Shown: in pieces, positions 38,790-53,675 of the stretch | How positions within the stretch are numbered: the stretch's first letter is position 1 | Layout: every line of letters begins with the position of its first letter | From: Tubulanus polymorphus | Taxonomy: Eukaryota > Animalia > Nemertea | Assembly (NCBI RefSeq): GCF_964204645.1 | Contig: NC_134028.1 | Span: 20,890,345-20,954,344 of the forward strand | Direction of reading: 5' to 3' | DNA length: 64,000 bases | The notes under the pieces: generated by a model | Database searches by the model: none | Told to the model about the DNA's origin: nothing | What the model saw: the letters and a program-made list of their open reading frames with translations, nothing else | Program-made: the position numbers and the translations under genes

Positions 38790-39758
38790 ATGGCTGCAAC
38801 TTCCATTCTTCAGAACCTCACAAATCCCACTAATATTTACACAGGCCTCGTACTGGCTGCAACTACGATAAACGGAACCTATCTGTGGTGTTACCTCGTA
38901 TTCGCCAGTCTTTGTTTAATTCTCGGATTCATCGGCAATTTCCTGATTGTAATAGTTATGATGCAACGTAAACTATGGCGACGTTCTTTCAGTCGTATGT
39001 TCGTTCAACTAGCCGTCTGCGACACTTTGGTTCTCATCTGTTATTCGATAAAATATATCAACGTTATATCGTATACTTTTTACGGGAGGGAATTATTGGT
39101 CAAACCATTAACGCGAGTTCAATGTATATGTTTTGAGTATATCATATCATTGTGCCTATCGAGCAGTCCGTGGACGCTGGTCCTCGTAGCAACCGAGCGA
39201 ATGTGTGTGGTTTGCTTTCCGTTTAGAGGTCCTCGTTTCTGGAGCCCGAATACTGCTTCTATACTCTGTTCCTCCGTAATCTGCTTCGTAGCCCTGGGTC
39301 ATAGCTATTTATTTGTAACTATCGATATTAGTGGCAACGGTTGTATCATCAAAAATGTTCTCACATTTACCAAGCCTTTGTTAACGTCTATTATTTTCTC
39401 TGTCGGCCCGTTTATTTCGTTAGCGATCATGTCCACAATAACTTCGATCACTTTATTCAGAAAAAAGGCCAACTCAGAAACAACCCGAGCATCGAAATAC
39501 TCAAACCAGGTAACCGTGTTAGTTCTGTTACTGTGCGCCTTCTTCATGGTTACAACATTCCCAACAGTTATTATGAGCCCTTTTCTCAGTACTAATTCGG
39601 AATTGAAAAATATCTTCGCTGCCCTAATTGATATCTTAGCGATAAACTATTCGTTTAATCTCTACTTGTATCTGGTGACGGGAAAAGAAATCAGAAACGA
39701 ATTGCGGAATTTGATTTTCGAAAAGAGACGCGATATATCACTGTATGTCAAACCTTAA
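38790..39758 (+). CDS. GPCR A copy 3, 322 aa
   Basis: Intact ORF with a few substitutions relative to copies 1 and 2. Confidence 0.9.
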   Translation: MAATSILQNLTNPTNIYTGLVLAATTINGTYLWCYLVFASLCLILGFIGNFLIVIVMMQRKLWRRSFSRMFVQLAVCDTLVLICYSIKYINVISYTFYGRELLVKPLTRVQCICFEYIISLCLSSSPWTLVLVATERMCVVCFPFRGPRFWSPNTASILCSSVICFVALGHSYLFVTIDISGNGCIIKNVLTFTKPLLTSIIFSVGPFISLAIMSTITSITLFRKKANSETTRASKYSNQVTVLVLLLCAFFMVTTFPTVIMSPFLSTNSELKNIFAALIDILAINYSFNLYLYLVTGKEIRNELRNLIFEKRRDISLYVKP

Positions 39759-41405
39759 AACCCATCATCTCTCTAGTCTAAAATTACAATCGCAGAAGTT
39801 ATAGCTATATCAGTACCGCGTTCAGTTTTCTATCTAATAGATTCAATCAATTATAAAATCTTTATCCGCTAAATTATACCAGTAACTCTCCAATAAAAAT
39901 GGCATTCTCTGCCGGTCGAAGATGAGGAAATATTATGCAGTTTCGGGTTCTGTCTTCGACATAAGTACAAATGCCATATACGTTGAACGGAGCCCCCTCT
40001 GCCACACGACAATGATCCATTGACATAGGGGGGCCATCAATTTTTGAAAAGTGCCCTTTCTCCAAATATTTGTGTCATATCAAACGGCCTATAGAACGGC
40101 CCCTTTTCGAGTCTCCCTTAAAAAAAGATATTCAAATGCGACGTACGGCCCTGACTTCCAGAATCAGTTAGCATTTACAGGGATAATCGGGGACTGAAAT
40201 TCGGCGGCACCTGTGTGAATTTGACTGTTACAAGTAGAAACTGACAAAAAAATTCAGAACACATCAAAGCCTGTGCCCGAAGCGTAATTTATCGTCTCCA
40301 GCAATTTCAGTGACATTATCAATACGCTATCAGATGAAGCTCATGGAAAAAAGGTAATGAGTGCTTGGACCGTCTACTTCATGGCGCAATCGATTGAGTA
40401 AAACTAAGTTTAGAGAGCTTACAGATGCTAACAAAAATTATCACGTGCTGCAAACGGAACATCTCTATGAAGCCCGATGGATAACGAAGATACGATGATT
40501 GTAACGAGTTTAGTTCTGACAGTCGGATACGGATGATAATCATTCATGACGCGGATGTTAATCAGACGATCTGCGACGTCTTGAAGTAAAGTGTAGTGAC
40601 AAGTTCCGCCGAATTTGTAATTGAACCCGTCAAACGAGGCGTACGATAGATCATCTTAGTTCTGATCAGATAGGGTCTACTTTCTTCGCTTTTTGAAATC
40701 AACTTAAGCAAAATTTCTACGATTTCTTTTTTACGACGGCGCCCGGGGCTGGACAGAGCATACCATCTCTTAACATGATGACGAATTTTGTGCATACTAC
40801 GACGAGTGAAGTTTCACGATAAATTATTATAAAACAACGATAAAAAAGTGTTTTATTTCAAACATATCTGTAGATATAAAAACATTGATCATATTTACAT
40901 TCAAACCTGAAAGAAATAGATATGTTATTAACAAACAAATACAATTTGAAATCCTTATAAAAGCACAGTGTATGAAAATTATAACATCACAAAAATTCAA
41001 AACGTCGAATTTGCACTAAATTATTATGAAAAGTTGCATAAATTTACATAAATTACACCCTGCAAAACCAAGTCATGACATGATAACAAAGTTACATAAA
41101 ACGATATTGAAGATAAACGTATTGAAAACAATCTACAAAATATGAAACTATTCTGAAATCATTCACTACAAAATAAACAAAAATCCTGAAAAAGCAAAAA
41201 CTCTGAAATAGAAAATTTAATTAGTAACAACAAGAAAAACAACAGGAGCAGCGACATAAATATAACATCAATCATCATTAATGATGCACATCACTTAAAA
41301 CAGAGTAACATTTTATTTTTACTTAATCTAAGTCATCAGGAACATCAGGAATCTAAGTCATCAGTTTGAGAACAGGTTTTATCATTATGTAGGATCTCGC
41401 TGGTT

Positions 41406-44400
41406 CTAATCCAATATGGCGTTCTCCGACTCATCACCAACTACAACACCTCCTAACGATCGTAACAACAACGGCATTTTCCCTCTTCTTTTCTGCTTGT
41501 GTTGTTTCTTCAAGTTTTTCTTGTTCTTCGAAGAGTTAGAGTCGTGTTGTTTCTGCCGAGTAGAATGGTCACATTGAGAATGTTTAGGTAGTTTGAGTTG
41601 TATGTTGTGCTCGGCGCATTCTTTTACGTAAAACTTCACGATAGCGCATTCGCAGTTTCTACCCGAAGGACATTCACAAACGTTATCAGTACAAGCCCTG
41701 AAAATGAAATAGAAATAAACCATTACCAGTCTAGTTTTTCTTTCATTATTTTCGTAACTCTCCTTACTCGGTACCAGCCAAATGAGGAAACTGATGGTGT
41801 AATTATACCGAAAATATATTACTCAAAACGTGGAAGTAAGAACTTTACTATAGAATTAGATATTTACCTGAGAAATGGTTGGACGGGGACTTTCTTGTGG
41901 CATTTTTTGAACGCCGGACTCTTTAAGACAGCACATTTCTGATGAGCGCGAACTCGCTAATCCACAGTTTTACACGACGACTTTCTACTATTAAACGGTT
42001 CGTCGCAGTTACATTTACCACCGACTCGCCACGACTTTGCGAAAACCTCCGAATCCGAGACAATTTCCTGCTTGAATTTCATTTTACTATCGTCTTTTAC
42101 GACTTGATTGAAATTACCGCAAAGACCGCCTAATTTATTCTGCCAATTCGCAGTTACGTAAACATTGATATCGCCTTGTTTACTCCAGGTTAATCTGAAT
42201 CCGTTTATCATATTGACGACCACTGTCGCGTTTTTGACGACTTCAATAGTAAAGTTTTCATGTTTGAACGGAACAGCGATTTTACTACGATTCACTCTGA
42301 TATCCAGATCTCGATGAAGCCCGATAGATAACGAAGATACGATGATTGTAACGAGTTTTGTTCTGACAGTCGGATACGGATGATACTCATTCTTGACGCG
42401 GATGTTTATCAGGCGATCTGCGACGTCTTGAAGTAAGGTGTAGCGACAAGTTCCGCCGAATTTGTAATTGAACCCGTCAAATGAAGCGTACGATAAATAA
42501 TCCTTGTTCGAGTTAGTAACTGAACAGATACTATGAGCCGCGACACATAGTGGGCAACATTCTCCATGAGGCCGATAGAGAATAGATTTCTGAAAAAAAA
42601 TGAAAAGATGTAATGTATTCAAGTTTCATGATTTCACGAAAACATTAAATGATTTAAACGCCAACGAAAAACAAATGGATGACGGGCAGCAACAAAACAT
42701 ATCAAACTAAAATAAATCCCCACATTTAGAATAAAAAAGCCCGAAAGTATCCCTGCAAAAAAAGTATTAGGATATGGTCGAAACATCGAGTAGGTATTCG
42801 CTCAAGAAATAATGGAACAATAATTATTTGTTTTTTCAATCACTGATGATTTTAATATCAATTCCTCAATTGTATCAGGATTTCAACCATGAAAACTTAG
42901 ATATTTACCTGTGAACATTTAGGAGTTGAACCACACGTTATTTCTTGGCAGGTGACGTTTCCATCTTTACAACTACAATCAGTACAGGATCCATCCTTCC
43001 AGATCTGATCAATCTGTAAATAGAATACTACTGAGTTCAAGGTTGGAATAAAGGACGGATTAGCATCGAAGATAGGGATTTAATTCAAATTTTAAAAGAC
43101 AGTTTCTTCCTCTTTTATGAAAAATATACTACAATGTACAGGGATATTTCGTCTATGCTTAACCTATGGTTATTCGAATATCTGTTTCAAATAATGGTCT
43201 TATGCCCTTAACTCAAATAGTAAGATATTTACCTTGTACATTTTGCCTTTGTATGCACATCCAGCTGGACGCTTACATTTCGGACAACACGATTTCTTAT
43301 CGTAGACCAAGAATTGTTTCGGGCAATTCAGATCTGGACACGATTTACGATAACACTGCATCCCGCCCTTGTAACAAGAACATTTCGTGCATTTATCCGG
43401 CATGAAATGTCGATTTTCTTGATGAAGATGACCGCGAAATAAACAACTGCCGTGAATAGAACTGACCGATACGGCTTCTTTACCTGCAAGAAAAATTGAA
43501 TTCGATTTAATAGGCAAATCCACAAAAATTATTTTTCTTAACCCTTGGGTTAGATGCCGAGGGAGGGTAGAGAATAGAAGAAACTTTGGCCAAAGAATTG
43601 TGCAACCACCAGGACTCGAACCCATGTGCCCTGGACATCTTAAAAGATTACTTACCTTTACAAATTGGACAGCACTCGTTTTCTTCGTGTACTTGATATT
43701 TTTGTGGACAATTTAAAACTGGGCAAACTTTCCGAATACACGTCAATTCACCCGACTGAAATACAATGATAACAATGACAATGACAAATTGAACGTGTAT
43801 ATATCAGTGAAATACGTATGAAGTGCTCTAAAATTTTAGAACTAAACATGATTATTCGTTTATACCTGGCATTTACATGTTGTGCACTTTTCACCGGGTT
43901 TTGTCATTGATTTCCCATCTTCGACGGTAATTCCGTCCAGAACGCAACCTTTAGTGTTCTCTTTCTCGCTGCTACAGGCCGGGCAACATTGACCCGGTTT
44001 ATATATCTGTTCACGACATCCCGCGCGACATTGTACTTTACTATGAGTTAGAACACCGGACTGAAGAAAATATTTTTAAAAAAATTTTAACATACGTTTT
44101 GAACATGTAACAATCAGGATCCAGTGAGTTAGAATCAGATATTTTTCATTCGGTTTAGTGAATTAAATTTCTAACGCCTTACACTGCGGAACTGGGTCGT
44201 AGCACTACCAGCACCAGCAACAGATATTTTCAGACGAACGTGACATAGGCCTATTATTTGAGAAATCCAGATTAAATTTACTTACCGAACACGAGTGCTG
44301 TTTACAGGGATCTTTTTCGTCAATCCATTCAGCTCCACTTTTATATTCTTTATTCCGATATTTACAGCCTATGATTATCAAAGAATCAGCATTTATATAT

Positions 44401-44521
44401 CATCTGATAATATGTTAATTTATGTGTCATTATCATTAGATATGATAAGATATGAAGACTAACCCGTTACTGAATAGATTACTGAAATCAACACAATCAT
44501 TTTCAAGATGTAATAATCCAT
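41406..44521 (-). pseudogene. BMPER/Cv-2-like copy 3 with a premature stop in exon 7
   Basis: CAG>TAG at 41957-41959 (..CKTVD*) truncates the protein before the C8 domain. Confidence 0.8.
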
Positions 44522-46191
44522 TGTAATCTTTCAATTCTTTGAGTGGTAATCCGTCAATCATCGATTGAATGTTAATTCGTTAATCTCGCGTTTACTGATT
44601 ATCCGCTAATCCAATGATAGTGATGATGATGACTAGTCATTGACTGAACTGATTTGTTGATGTCGCATCAGATTGTTTTATACCGGGATCATCTGTCACT
44701 CAAACCCGACACGTGAGAGAGGAGCACATGTCATTAATTAAACACTGGCGACTGACATTAATTACCTGATTACATATTTTCGACTTCTGTGAACTGTTCT
44801 GATGCTGTTCTAATTATTGTAATTGAGTAAAATCAATTAAGCTCTAATTGACTCTAAAACGACGTACGATATAGATTGATTATTCACATCCAGTAATTAC
44901 AACGTGACGAACTCTACTTTCGTCGAATGAAAAATTCGATGTTTTCATACGCATCCAATTAACTCCCTTTCAAAGTTTGAAAACCAACTATACACAAATT
45001 TTAAAACAGTTAAAGCGAATTTCATTCATCAAATATTAGAATCAAAAGACATGACGCTTCCAACTCGCACTAGAGTCAGGTGTCTACTCTCCACGTCAGA
45101 GTGTGGCTATTCTACTATCACCTCCTTCGGGGTTTGTGTTTTAGTTTTTGGGTGTTTGTCGGTTGTTTTCCGCTTTTCTTGGGCGTGTGTTTGGTGGAGT
45201 CGCCTGGAAGCTGGTCTCGGTTTTTCAATGTCTCGTCTATTTGTGTAGTAAATTCGCACAGCAGGAAGTGATAATATGTTTCTTTGTTAGGCAACTGTGA
45301 ACATCTTAATATGCATATGAAATAAATGCATGTACAACGTATTCATTTCCTCAGCAACGACAAAAAGTATAAAGCAGGACCCAGTTCTACAGTTGTGAGT
45401 GAGTTAAAGTTCAATGAGTTAACTCGGAGTTTAATCTGAACTCGAAACTGTTTAACTGGACCCAGGACAATATATTATGATATTAATCGCACCATACACA
45501 TGTCGATTTATTTGATAAGCCAGTTGAAAATAGAACAAAACCCAACTTGTCGCTTACCGGTTCAGGGTTCAATTCCACAGTTCCAAGTTAGGATTTAGCT
45601 CCGAGTTAACTCATTGAAAATGAACTAGCTTGAACTCAAGAGTTAACTCTAACTCACAACTGGTGAACTGGGCCCTGGTAAGATAAAAGATTGGTTACAC
45701 GAACCAGAAATTCCAATTGTGTAGTTCGTTTTTTTTCAGGTTCGCTTCCAGCTCGTGTTGCTATTATTTCAATGGGCAGAAAATCCATACTACTCTCGCT
45801 GTGTTAATTGCGGCTATATGTATTGTGTTCATTCAGTATTTGACATCGTGGGTGGTTTAAGTATAAATCATTGTTCATGAAAAGAGTAAATTCAATGTTG
45901 TCTATAATCGGAACAAGATTGATTCGTAAATACGAAATGCGCGTGTTGTATGATAAATATATATATAACTACTCAAAAGTTCTATTTAAAAAGATGAAAA
46001 TGTTTGTTTTTTTCAAAAACATCTATTTCAACTCATCTAACATTTGACGTATACATGTATGTATGTTTCTAGAGATAATTGCACCCTGCTGAACGACCGT
46101 GCCGTATCACGACACAGGTATCAAATTTGATTTAGAAGTTTAATTGGGCGTGTTGGGTAATCCGCGACGAAATTCCTATAGCAGCTCGAGA

Positions 46192-47206
46192 ATGAATGGT
46201 AGTATGAACTACAGCAGCAGCAATAGCAGCAGCAGCGGTAATGGTGACGGATTGAGATGTCCTGTGATGAAAATCAGTGAAATCCTTACGATGTTAAACA
46301 TATTTTATGTCGGGCCGATTTGTGTCGTCGGCATCGCATTGAATGTCTTAAACATACTTATTTTACGGTCGTTTCGTTCGCCGATCGTATCCGTTTACCT
46401 TTTACAGTTACTAGCGGCAGCCGACATATTTTACCTGGTCAGTTCTTTTTTTCTATTTCACCGTCAGATTTTCGGCTTATTACTTCATGAAAGGTGAAAT
46501 CGTCTTCCGTCTCAATGGCGGTAACATCTTTCCGCGGTTCTACATACCGGCGCTTGAAATTTACGGCTTTTCGATTCTATTTCGCAACATCTTCGTGCCA
46601 GTCGTTTCGGTTGACCGGGCGGTGAATTTGTATTTTCCGTTTTTCGCCCGCCGCCACGTCACAAAAAGGCGGGTGACGACCGTATTCGTGATCCTATTGG
46701 TTGTCTGTTTTTTCGGCCGTGGTTACTATATGCTATTCGGAGTCGGGAAATTTGGATACCGACCGAACAAATGCGACCAAACGATGGAAATCTACGCGCT
46801 GAAACGAAGTCCTTTCATCAAGAAAATGCATAATTTGAGATACTACCTTTGCGTGTCGTTCGGACCAATGCTCGTACTTATAACTTTGAACTGCCTGATT
46901 ACATATAAAGTCGTATTTCGAACCGGAATCGGGGCGGCTCCGTCGAAAGCACGCTCACCATCTAACGCGCAAGCCACGAAAACCGTATTAACGATCGTGT
47001 CGTTGTTTATCGTTTGTGAAATGGGCCCTGTTATCGATCGGTTGAGTCAGCTGATTTTGGGCCGCCGATATACATGGCATCCGCATCTCCGGAAAGCGTC
47101 GCTCTATTTGTCCGTGAATGATTCTTTTTTGAATTTTTTTGTCTATGTGGCAGCAAATTCGCGATTCCGCAAGATATTCGTGAATATGCTAAAACGGGCG
47201 AAATAA
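46192..47206 (+). pseudogene. GPCR B copy 3 with a +1 frameshift in a T-run (~46446-46452)
   Basis: Extra T relative to copies 1 and 2, with both CGA codons intact; could be a homopolymer sequencing error. Confidence 0.7.
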
Positions 47207-49703
47207 GAAATTCATTCCAATTCCGGATTACAAACTCTCTACCAGCCGCTTCTATCAGGTGCCAAAATTAGGCTCGGGCCTGGTCCGACGTTTTTGGTCG
47301 GGCCAAATTTGGCCCGGGCCAAACAGGCTCGGGCCCATTTGGCACCCGTGTGAACAGTTTTTCCGGGCCAAATTTGACACGGGCCAAAAATGCATGTGTG
47401 ATCGCGGCTATAGAGACGCATGGCTTACCAAAGAGCGCGCCGATTTTCATGTTCAAATTCAAACCCATTCAGTCAATACTAAACAATGCATAAACCATGG
47501 AATCTAAAACGAGTCCATACTTAAACAAAGCGAAGTGACTGACTTCTAGAACCAGTTTAAGTTAACACGCTTAATTTGACTCAGGTCTGGTCCGTCGTTT
47601 TTGGTCGGGCAATTAGGCACGGGTCCATTTTGCAGATTTTTTTTCGCCAGATCTCTCCACCCCTACACCTTCTAACTTGATTTTTATCATCCACGTATTT
47701 ACATTTCGATTTTGTCAGCTTGTGTTAATTTTATACTCCTGTAAAGCACACTGATTACAATTTACAGCAGTGTGCTATATAATGAAATAAGTAATATTGA
47801 TTATTAATATCAATTTCAAGTGTGAATTTGTAGTTGAAAAATAATTGATTTGATTAACAATATAATTTGATCTAGACATCCCAGCGTCAATCAATCAAGA
47901 AAAAATTTAACTAGTCAAAGACTCAAGATCAAGTAAAGAAAAAGGAAGATGCATTCTAACAACTGATTGCGATGTGAAGACTATATTAGGCTCATTATTA
48001 GAACCTACACTACAGCTATTTAACTTTCTAAAGATGATTCGTCGCAGACCCTCACATACCGTGTACATTATCACTCAAATTGCCTAAATATGTCTGGTGT
48101 CGTCGCTATAGTATACTACTTATTAAAAACAATGATTACACCAATATAATTAATATAAGCTCAGGTTTTTAGCGTTTAGTGGTTTGGAAGAACATTGATC
48201 CCAAAGGCTATATTTCGAATAACAGACCAGGTCCAGTTTCCTTCGTTTGACATTCGGAGGAACATTCCTCCCGAAGTCGATACTTTGAATATCAGACCTG
48301 AAGGTCAAATTCTCCTCGTTTGACCTTGGGAGGAATATTCCTCCCAAAGTCAATTGTTAGAATATCGGACAGGTTTCCATCGATTGACTTTGGGAGGAAT
48401 ATTCCTCCCAAGGTCAATTTTCACAATAGCGGTCCTCTTAATTGATGACACTCAATGAACGAGCGGCTCAGATTTCGATTGTGCGCCTATCGCGCTTTCT
48501 GTAAATGTGAAGACCTCGGGGGCATTATGTTCTCTATAGCCCGACACAATCCCACATTCCGGACTGTTAATAGGTCGATTTTACGGCAGAGTCGACATGT
48601 TTCACCAATTCTTAACTGTTCATTTATGAATATGTGAGGACTTATGAACTAAAAATTAGTTAAATTTTTGATACATTTTGAGAAAGTCACAAAACATTTG
48701 AGACTGCGTTAGAAATGATAAATTCACACGTAAATGTATGACATAATGCTGCGTTATATTTCACGGTCCAGCAACATCCGGGCACCTAAAGTATGTGATT
48801 TACTTATCGACTTGATTATGGTAATATGTGGTAAGGGAAGAGATAATACGAGCCATGAGACGGGAAAATACACAATATACACAATACAAACCGTGTATGA
48901 TTAATAACGAGAGAAATCCCACAATAAATACAGCCAAAAATGAAAAGTTCTATATTAAAATGATTATATTTCGAGCAACGTTTCGGATAAATGCTAGCGC
49001 CATCATCAGGCGTACTGAGAACAAAATAAAAAAATATTTTGTTCCATTTTGTTCCCAGTACGCCTGATGTTGGCTAATAGCATTTAACTTTATTGTCAAA
49101 GAAGAATACTTTTATGACAAGTACATAATTGTACAATATTTGTACAACGATGACGGATAACCGCATACAAGGATAATGTGGATATTAGTACGGATAGTAG
49201 AAATAGTACAGGAAATAATAGATAACATTGTATCTTTAGAGTTATAAATTAACAGACTCCCGTTTGACTTTAACTCTATATAAGTACTGGTGGAGGATGT
49301 TCATGTTACATGATTTACTTAAACATTTTACACATTTGGAAGTGTTAGGATTACTGCGTATGTTTTTCTCGGAATGAATCTCTCCCGTTCTTCTCTGTAG
49401 AAAGGGCAGATTAAGAGTGCAAGAAATTCGTCTTCTACTACATTCATGTTACAAAACTGACAATAAATTACGCCCGTATATGGATGTGATAATTAATGAC
49501 TGTATATACGCAGCCGAGCTACTAAATTCACGACGTTAGATGATAAAAAATCATATCATTAATGAGAAATTTTATACATACCCCTAATCGGATACACGGT
49601 GAACGTTCGTTCTATCCTATCGTCATAACTAATCGGATTCGTTTTTGAAAGGTGTCGTGGATAGTACAGTTCTACTGCAGCTTGGTCGCTCACAGGTCGT
49701 GGG

Positions 49704-50783
49704 ATGCTCGTCGAAAACATTACTAACACGGGCCGAACACCGACAACACCGCAACTCAACGTGTGCCAGAGAATTAAAACTCTCCCTGTTCTATGGATTA
49801 ACAAACTCAATGTTTCTGTATATTTAGGCTGGTATCTACCGGCATCTATACTGGGTTTGATATTCAACGCATTCACGTTATTAGTTCTAAAACGGTTTAA
49901 ATCTGATAACTATTTTCTCATCAAAATTCTCGCTCTAAACGATCTTTTCTTTATGATCGCTACATTCATTCTTTATCCGCTGAGAACTGCGTACGTTTTC
50001 GTCGTTTTGGGAGATATTGTATTTCGCAAGAACGATTGGAATTTTGGTTGGATCTTCATCTCAGTCGCTTTGCCATTTTTTTATATATTTCAGATGACGC
50101 GTAACTGGTGCACTGTACTGCTCAGTCTAGAGCGGTTGATCGTCGTTTTATTTCCAATTAAATCTCGAAACTTTCCCAAGAAGTTAATTTCACAATGCGC
50201 AATGGTGTTTATTTCACTTTTAAGTTTTTTTGGCCATTTCATTCGTTTCATTCCTAACCAACAACTTGGATTTATGGATTGCCCGGTTGAGTGGCCATAT
50301 GTGACAATACGTATTAAGTATTATGACTACCCCGAGTGGTTTAAACAATACAGATGGCGATCTGCAATTTCTAGGGTCTATCTCTTCATGTATCTTACTG
50401 TTATAATCCCAATATGTGTTTTAGTCGTTATCAATGTTATTCTTATTTCGGCGATATTTTTGGATCGGCTTAATCGACGTTCAGTGCTCGGTGTAACAGA
50501 TGAAACGTCTAGAAGGGAAATAAGGGTTTTAAGAATGGTTTTATCAGTAGTTTTGTTGTTCATCTTCTGTGAAGGTTTTGGATTCATTGATCGTTTAATG
50601 AATTTAAACCGTATCCCCGCCATTCCGGGTATGAGCCTGATAGCGCTGGGATTTTCAATCATCGATTCGTCCGTAAATTTCATCGTGTATTGCGCGACGG
50701 ATGAAAGATTTAGGAAAGTAGCTTTTGATATTTTAGGCAACGTTTGCCGCGAACGACGGGTACCGATAAAAGAAAAAGGATAA
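49704..50783 (+). CDS. GPCR C copy 3, 359 aa
   Basis: Intact; differs from copy 2 near the C-terminus (ND/NV). Confidence 0.9.
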   Translation: MLVENITNTGRTPTTPQLNVCQRIKTLPVLWINKLNVSVYLGWYLPASILGLIFNAFTLLVLKRFKSDNYFLIKILALNDLFFMIATFILYPLRTAYVFVVLGDIVFRKNDWNFGWIFISVALPFFYIFQMTRNWCTVLLSLERLIVVLFPIKSRNFPKKLISQCAMVFISLLSFFGHFIRFIPNQQLGFMDCPVEWPYVTIRIKYYDYPEWFKQYRWRSAISRVYLFMYLTVIIPICVLVVINVILISAIFLDRLNRRSVLGVTDETSRREIRVLRMVLSVVLLFIFCEGFGFIDRLMNLNRIPAIPGMSLIALGFSIIDSSVNFIVYCATDERFRKVAFDILGNVCRERRVPIKEKG

Positions 50784-51014
50784 AAAATGCCGAATATGGA
50801 GCGATGTTAGAATTATAGTGGAAATACCCCCCATAGCATACGTCATTATACGACTGACCAAATAAGACCATACCGCTTGCCCATTGCATTTAACACGCAC
50901 AAGACGTGTAAACTCATGAGACATAGTTGTTTTGTTCATTACAATCTTGGAGGTTGATATTTCAAAGGGGAAATGATTATACCTAAGGGGTTGTCCTTAT
51001 TTGATTTTGTTCTC

Positions 51015-51061
51015 AGTACGCCTGATGAGGGCTAACAGTTATTAGCCGAAACGTCGCTACT
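51015..51061 (+). ncRNA. Minimal type-I hammerhead ribozyme motif (copy 3)
   Basis: Identical to 35407-35453. Confidence 0.6.
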
Positions 51062-51419
51062 CAAATATAATCATTCTGATAGAGAATTTTTCAATCTTGG
51101 CTTCGTTATTGTGGGATTTCTCTCGTCATACTATGCCTTTACATGTCACTTGTTGACAGGCGTCCGCAAATTTTTTCTATTTGAACCAGTTTTCATTTTC
51201 CAAAGAACTAATTTGAAACCTGTTGCAATAGCATTATGCAATAATTTCCAACAAATATCTGCTCTTTATCGTTTGTCAATATATATATATTTATTATAAA
51301 CCTCGTTCACAATTTCCGGCCAGTGCAAAACCATCATTTTCTGTTCGCCCCCAATCGATGTTTTTTATGGAGATGTTTGAACAATAGAATTGTATATAAA
51401 TGTGAGGTGTTAAAATATG

Positions 51420-52190
51420 TATAATAATAATAATGATAATAATAAGTGTCTTATATAGCGCTAAATACAGCTCACGAAAAAAAAGCCGCTCAGAGCGCTT
51501 CACATAAAAGCCTCATTAAAGAGGAAATGTTTAAGTTGCCTCTTGAAGATTTCCAAAGATTTTATAGACCGGAGGTCTCCAGGAAGCTGATTCCACAAGG
51601 GCGGGCCATTGATGGAAAAGGCTCGAGAACCGAAAGGCTTTCTATTGTATCTATGATGATATGATGATATGATTTATTTTCAAGTAAAGTTTTTACAAAA
51701 TTAATGAATCTAGGGACTGTCAGTGAGATAAAGACAGAAGAACGGAGAGGACGGCAAGGGGCATGAATATGAATGAGGTCACAGAGATGTTTAGGAGCCA
51801 AATTATGTATGCACTGGATGATGAAAATGAGAACTTGGTACTTGATTCTTTGTTCAATGGGTAACCAATGTAATTCCATAAGGACACAGGTTTGATTGAT
51901 TTATATTTTCTGGTTTTACTAACTAGACGGGCTGCTGTGTTTCGTACTCGCTGGAGAGGTTTCGTTGAGGATTTTGGTAATTCAGCGTGAACAGAGTTAC
52001 AAAAGTCAAGACGGGTTGCGATGAGTGCCTGCACATAAATTCTTGTGGCATCAACAGATAGATATTGACGGATTTTACCAATGTTGCGAATGTAAAAAAT
52101 TAGCAGACTTCACACAGCTTGAAATGTGGTCTCTAAATGTATTAGTAAATATTGCTATGTATCAAATTGGACATAGATTTCTGGTAAATC
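51420..52190 (-). mobile_element. Decayed L2-clade LINE 3' end (copy)
   Basis: Near-identical to 253-1020. Confidence 0.85.
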
Positions 52191-53675
52191 ACCACGATTT
52201 ACATTTCCGTCAGATAGAATTAGCTTCCAACGATGCGGTATCGAATCGCGTCCATATTAGTGTGCGTTGTAATCCATTTTCAGGGGTATTTCGTCAAGGC
52301 AGCTTGTAATTGCCGCGATGATCATCGAATGAATGTTGCAGATCCGTGATGTATGTATTCTGTGGAATCGGTTTCGTCCAGTTCCGACACGCCGATCAGC
52401 GCACGTGGGAGGTAGCTGCTTGTAAAAATTACAATACACAAATTGCAAATGCTGTCAAAATAGAATATTGTGTAAAAGTTATTTTCAAATATGTGATAAT
52501 CCACAAATATCAAATATGCAACTGGTTTGAATTGTAGTTCAGCCATTACTGAGAAATTCGACTTTTAAATCGGAAATTTCAGCACGTGCTCACTGTTATT
52601 GTTAATGTTAGCATTTCACCTCGATAAGAAATCGCGGAAAGTACAATTTTGATAGTAGTATATATATTTGTTTCAAGTCCGTACATCGCCGTTAGCCCAT
52701 ACACACACGTACGGATCAGCATTTTCCACACTAAATCCTCTTGAAGAAGTCATTTAATGCTGGTTTCTTTTAAGTTTTCCTCATCACAATTTTAGCTACA
52801 ATTCTGCAATCGATTGCGTTTACAAAATATGCCTAGTTACCAAATATATGGAAAGCAATGCCATGTTATTCAGGTGGCATCAGACCACAATTAGGTTAGT
52901 AGCTCGAAGATGCGTAGGGCCAGACCCCAAAAATAGTACCTAGAGTGAAGAAGAGGTTCCCCATAGATGTTGCCATAATTTCTGCAAATGGGATAGGTAA
53001 CGAATTTCGGTTATATGTATGAAATCCATTGATCCTGAGTGACAGATTGATGATGAAATAAGGGATTCCCTGGACTTTTTTTGCTTGGAGTAAGGGTACC
53101 AAACACGGTGGGGGATTCCCTTAGATATTTGGCTCGGATGTACTGGCATACCTGTACTGGGATACCCCTCCTTTCTAAAGGTTTGATTATTTCAAAAGTT
53201 AGGTTGGGTATGTGGGGCGAAAACCACTTCAATGCGTAGCTAAGATGCTGGCCTATGAGCCATAAGCAGGATTTCCCCTGAATTTACGCGCTTATATATG
53301 AACTAAACTCTCGAATTTCTTGTTTTTACTATAGGATATAGAAGATTTTGGAATAGTGGTCTGAGCTCAGGTATTCAACGCCAACTGGTGAACATATACA
53401 GAACCCAACGACCTTGATACTCAACCATAAACTCAACATAATGATAGACCATGTCATTAGCTGCAATTGATTTAAATATAAAATATCCATATGTACTAAT
53501 ATAAATGGAAGATATATCGGTATAATGCAGGTTTTTCCTAGAAAAAAAAAATGAGTCCAATATGATACTCAAATCATCATTTTATTGTGGGAAAGTTTAG
53601 TGGGAATAACTTATTCCATATAATTGAAATGTATGAAAGAAAGGAACCCATCGACGTGCCATATTCGGCATTTTA

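Larger units (their letters stand above)
37074..52703 (+). repeat. Tandem segmental duplication unit, copy 3 (15.6 kb, terminal copy)
   Basis: Colinear with copies 1 and 2. Homology ends at agcccataca (52694-52703), after which the sequence is unique. Confidence 0.92.

Noticed and set aside
52896-53572. Overlapping short minus-strand ORFs right of the array end
   Set aside because: They could be joined by a frameshift into a longer reading, but I recognise no motif; unsupported.
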